Assembly (NCBI GenBank): GCA_040289515.1
Contig: PSLI01000011.1
Location: forward strand, 1 to 51,521
Reading direction: 5' to 3'
From: Candidatus Sysuimicrobiota bacterium
GTDB taxonomy: Bacteria > Sysuimicrobiota > Sysuimicrobiia > Sysuimicrobiales > Sysuimicrobiaceae
DNA length: 51,521 bases
The position numbers and the translations under genes are program-made. Every line of letters begins with the position of its first letter. Positions within the stretch are counted from its first letter, which is position 1. The notes beneath the pieces are model-generated. The model did no database searches. It was not told the DNA's origin and saw only the letters and a program-made list of their open reading frames with translations. This document shows, in pieces, positions 48,872 to 51,521 of this stretch.

Positions 48872-50176
48872 GTGGCAAAGGGCCGCCGACCCCCTGGCCA
48901 CCTACCTCTCCGTGTGGTGCCCCTGGGAGGGCTGGGGGAGATCGGCAAGAACTGCAACTGCGTTCCAGTACCGGGAGGACGTGGTCCTGGTGGACGCGGG
49001 CGTGATGTTCCCCGAGGAGGAACTGTACGGCGTGGACCTGGTGATCCCGGACTGCGGCTTTCTGCGCCGCTCCGGTAGGAAGCTCCTGGGGGTCCTCCTT
49101 CACGTGGGTGGCCTCTCCTTACCTCCTGCGGGAATTCGGGGTTCCCGTGTACGGGACGCCGCTCACTTTAGGCCGGGTGCGCCACAAGGTGCGTGACGGC
49201 ACCTTCCAGGGGGTGCGGCCGCGGCAGCGGGTGCGGCTGGGTCCCTTTGAGGTGGAGTGGGTGCGGGTTGCCCACAGCGTGCCCGACAGCTGCAGTGTGG
49301 TGGTGCGCACCCCCGGGGGGGGACCGTGGTGGTGAGCGGCGACTGCAAATTCGACCAGACGCCCACCGACGGCAGACCCACGGATGTGGCGCGGCTGGCG
49401 GAGCTCGGGCAGGAGGGAGTGCTGGCTCTGCTCCTGGACAGCACCAACGTGGAACGGCCCGGCATCACACCCTCCGAGCGGGTGGTGGGGGAGCGGTTCC
49501 AGCACCTGTTTGCGGAGGCTCCCGGCCGCGTCTTGGTCACCACCTTCACCAGCAACGTCCACCGCCTGCAGCAGGCCTTTGACAAGGTTTTGCGGGAGGT
49601 GCGGTTGAAGCGGGGCGACACCGTGGTCTTTCGCGCCAGCCCCATCCCCGGCAACGAGGCCCTGGTGGCGCGCACCATCAACCACCTTTTCAAACACGGG
49701 GCGGACGTGGTGTACGGGCCCGCCTCCGGGGCCCACGTGTCCGACACGCATCCCAGGAGGAGCTGCGCCTGATGATCCACCTTCTGCGGCCCCGGTACGT
49801 GGTGCCGGTACACGGCGAGTACCGGCACCTGGTACTGAACGCCCGGGGGGGAGACGTGGGCACGGTGGTGCTGCGGGACCGGCAGCACCTGGCGCGGGAC
49901 GGGGTCCCTATTGCCCTGGTGGCCCTGGACCGCCACACGGGCCGGCTGCTGCAGGAGCCGGAGGTACTCTCGCGGGGCTTCGTGTACCAGAAGGGCGCGG
50001 AGGAGCTCCTGGAGGCGATCCGGGGACGCGTCCGGCAGGCGGTGGAGCGCGGCCGCCGTCAGGGCCAGACGGAGTCCGGCGCGGTGCGGGCTGAAATTCG
50101 CGACCAGGTGTCGCGGTTCGTATATCAGCGCACCGGCCGGCAGCCCATGGTCCTGCCCCTCCTCGTCGAGGTGTAA
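48872..50176 (+). pseudogene. rnj: Ribonuclease J, multiply frameshifted and deleted
   Basis: PLGGLGEIGKN, DAGVMFP, HSVPD, GD.KFDQTP, DSTN, PIPGNE, PVHGEYRHL, RDRQHL pieces spread over several frames; HxHxDH motif missing. Confidence 0.88.
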
Positions 50177-50247
50177 ACAGCGCAGGAACAAGACCCGGCA
50201 TCGGCGAACTGCCTTTCGCAGACACGAAGCGGACGACGGAGGAACCG

Positions 50248-51057
50248 ATGCCGCAGACGTGGAAGCTGGTCGTGCTGGGCATCGTCCAGGGCCTCACGGA
50301 GTTCCTGCCCGTCAGCAGCTCTGCCCACCTGGTGTTCGCTGAGGCCCTGCTGGGTCTTTCGCGCCCGGGCGTGCTGCTGGAGGCGCTGGTCCACCTGGGG
50401 ACCGTGGGCGCAGTGCTGGCGCTCTTCGGCCGCGACCTGGGGCGGGTGCTGGGCACCTGGGTTCGCCAGCCCCTGGTGGCTGAAGGCGCGGGCCGCGTGG
50501 TGTGGCTGTTGGCGTGCACCACGGCTGTCACGGGTGCCGTGGGATTCACCTTCCGCGAGCCCCTGGAGGCCAGCTTCTCCTCCGTGCGGTGGACATCCCT
50601 GCAGCTGGTGCTCACGGGGTTCGCCCTCTGGGGGGTGCGGGAGCGCGGAAGGCGGTCGGCGGAGGAGTTGACGTGGCTGGATGCGGGGTGGATCGGACTG
50701 GCGCAGGCGGTTGCCATCGTGCCGGGGATCTCCCGGTCGGGCTTGACCATCGCGGCGGGCCTGTGGCGGGGGCTTGCCCGGGAGGAGGCAGCCCGGTACT
50801 CCTTTCTGGCCTCCGTGCCGGCAATCCTCGGCGCCGCGGGCTACTCGGTGTGGAAGGACTGGCAAACCGCTGCCCAACTGGGCTACGGCGCAGCAGACTT
50901 GGCCGCGGCGTTCTTTGCGTCGTTGCTGTTCGGGGTGGTGGCCATCGTGTGGCTTGTGAGCTGGCTACGACAGGGGCGGTTGCGGGCATTCGCGTACTAC
51001 TGCTGGGCCGTGGGCGGGGCGGTGTTCGTGGGCAGCTGGTGTGGGGGCGTGCGGTGA
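50248..51057 (+). CDS. uppP: Undecaprenyl-diphosphate phosphatase
   Basis: GIVQGLTEFLPVSSSAHL, PGISRSG.TI, AARYSFL. Confidence 0.95.
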   Translation: MPQTWKLVVLGIVQGLTEFLPVSSSAHLVFAEALLGLSRPGVLLEALVHLGTVGAVLALFGRDLGRVLGTWVRQPLVAEGAGRVVWLLACTTAVTGAVGFTFREPLEASFSSVRWTSLQLVLTGFALWGVRERGRRSAEELTWLDAGWIGLAQAVAIVPGISRSGLTIAAGLWRGLAREEAARYSFLASVPAILGAAGYSVWKDWQTAAQLGYGAADLAAAFFASLLFGVVAIVWLVSWLRQGRLRAFAYYCWAVGGAVFVGSWCGGVR

Positions 51058-51521
51058 GACGCAGGGCTTACGCCGGGAAGACGGCGTCGCGAACGCGACC
51101 ACGACGCCGGGGGGCTGCAGGCCGGGCGCTGCGGCTGGCAGGTGCCCTCTGCCTGGTGCTGTCGGTGCTGGCAGCCCTTAGTCTTCTGCCGGGGGCGGAG
51201 GGGTTGGTCCCGCGCCACCTACGGGCCGCGCAGCGGTTTGTCCTGGGCAATCATGCGTGGCTGCTCCCCGTGCTCCTGGCGCTGGCCGCGCTGGTGCTGC
51301 TGGCGGTGGAGCGGCCGCGGCTGACGCGACGCCTCGTAGGCCTGCTGGTGCTCGCGGGGGCACTGGCGGTGGGCGAGCACGCGCGGTTGGGCGGGGATTG
51401 GGCGCAGGGGCTGGCGGGCGAGGGTGGCGGGGTCGTGGGGGGCGCACAGGCCTGGCTGTGGAAGCGCCTGGTGGGATCCTGGGGTCCGCCCGGGGGTGCG
51501 GCAATTATGGTCGCGGTGGGG
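51054..51521 (+). CDS. ftsK: FtsK/SpoIIIE translocase N-terminal membrane region (partial)
   Basis: Open frame from GTG 51054 with basic N-terminus, several TM helices and GGGVVG motif; dapA-rnj-ftsK synteny; ATPase domain not in window. Confidence 0.65.
   Translation, partial: MRRRAYAGKTASRTRPRRRGAAGRALRLAGALCLVLSVLAALSLLPGAEGLVPRHLRAAQRFVLGNHAWLLPVLLALAALVLLAVERPRLTRRLVGLLVLAGALAVGEHARLGGDWAQGLAGEGGGVVGGAQAWLWKRLVGSWGPPGGAAIMVAVG

Noticed and set aside
1..51521. CRISPR arrays, tRNA/rRNA genes and the many long alternative-frame ORFs
   Set aside because: No repeat-spacer periodicity or stable RNA signature seen; alternative ORFs are Arg/Pro/Gly-rich shadows expected at high GC

Overview
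High-GC bacterial chromosomal segment. Gene content and GTG-rich starts suggest a possibly thermophilic Terrabacteria-type organism (inference only). Bases 1-36.4 kb are mostly intact housekeeping and cofactor loci: mutL/mutS divergent from miaA-dapL-hflX; a DegT/Gfo sugar-amination pair; a MocR(PdxR)-type regulator facing a vitamin B6 operon (ECF S-component, AIR-synthase-like protein, pdxS, pdxT); a TPP-riboswitch thiamine salvage operon (2x tenA, thiW, cytX, thiM, thiE, thiD, thiT, thiN); hslO, rpmB, recG, rsmD, coaD; yceD-rpmF-plsX-fabH-fabD-fabG-acpP-fabF-rnc; HIT, M28 peptidase and a P450-ferredoxin pair. Bases 36.4-50.2 kb are a more plastic zone: HEPN/MNT pair, a CsoR/CstR-family redox module with two matching operators, tldD/tldE, a REP-flanked RAYT remnant, and six genes damaged by frameshifts or internal deletions (including rnj), interspersed with intact genes. 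The window ends in uppP and the start of ftsK. Best novelty candidates: a PurM/ThiL-fold enzyme embedded in a B6 regulon (possible new B6 salvage kinase), an unannotated 48-aa prepilin-like micro-protein with a long structured 3' RNA, and the RAYT/REP plus 14-bp-period palindrome system. I recognised no CRISPR array, rRNA or tRNA.
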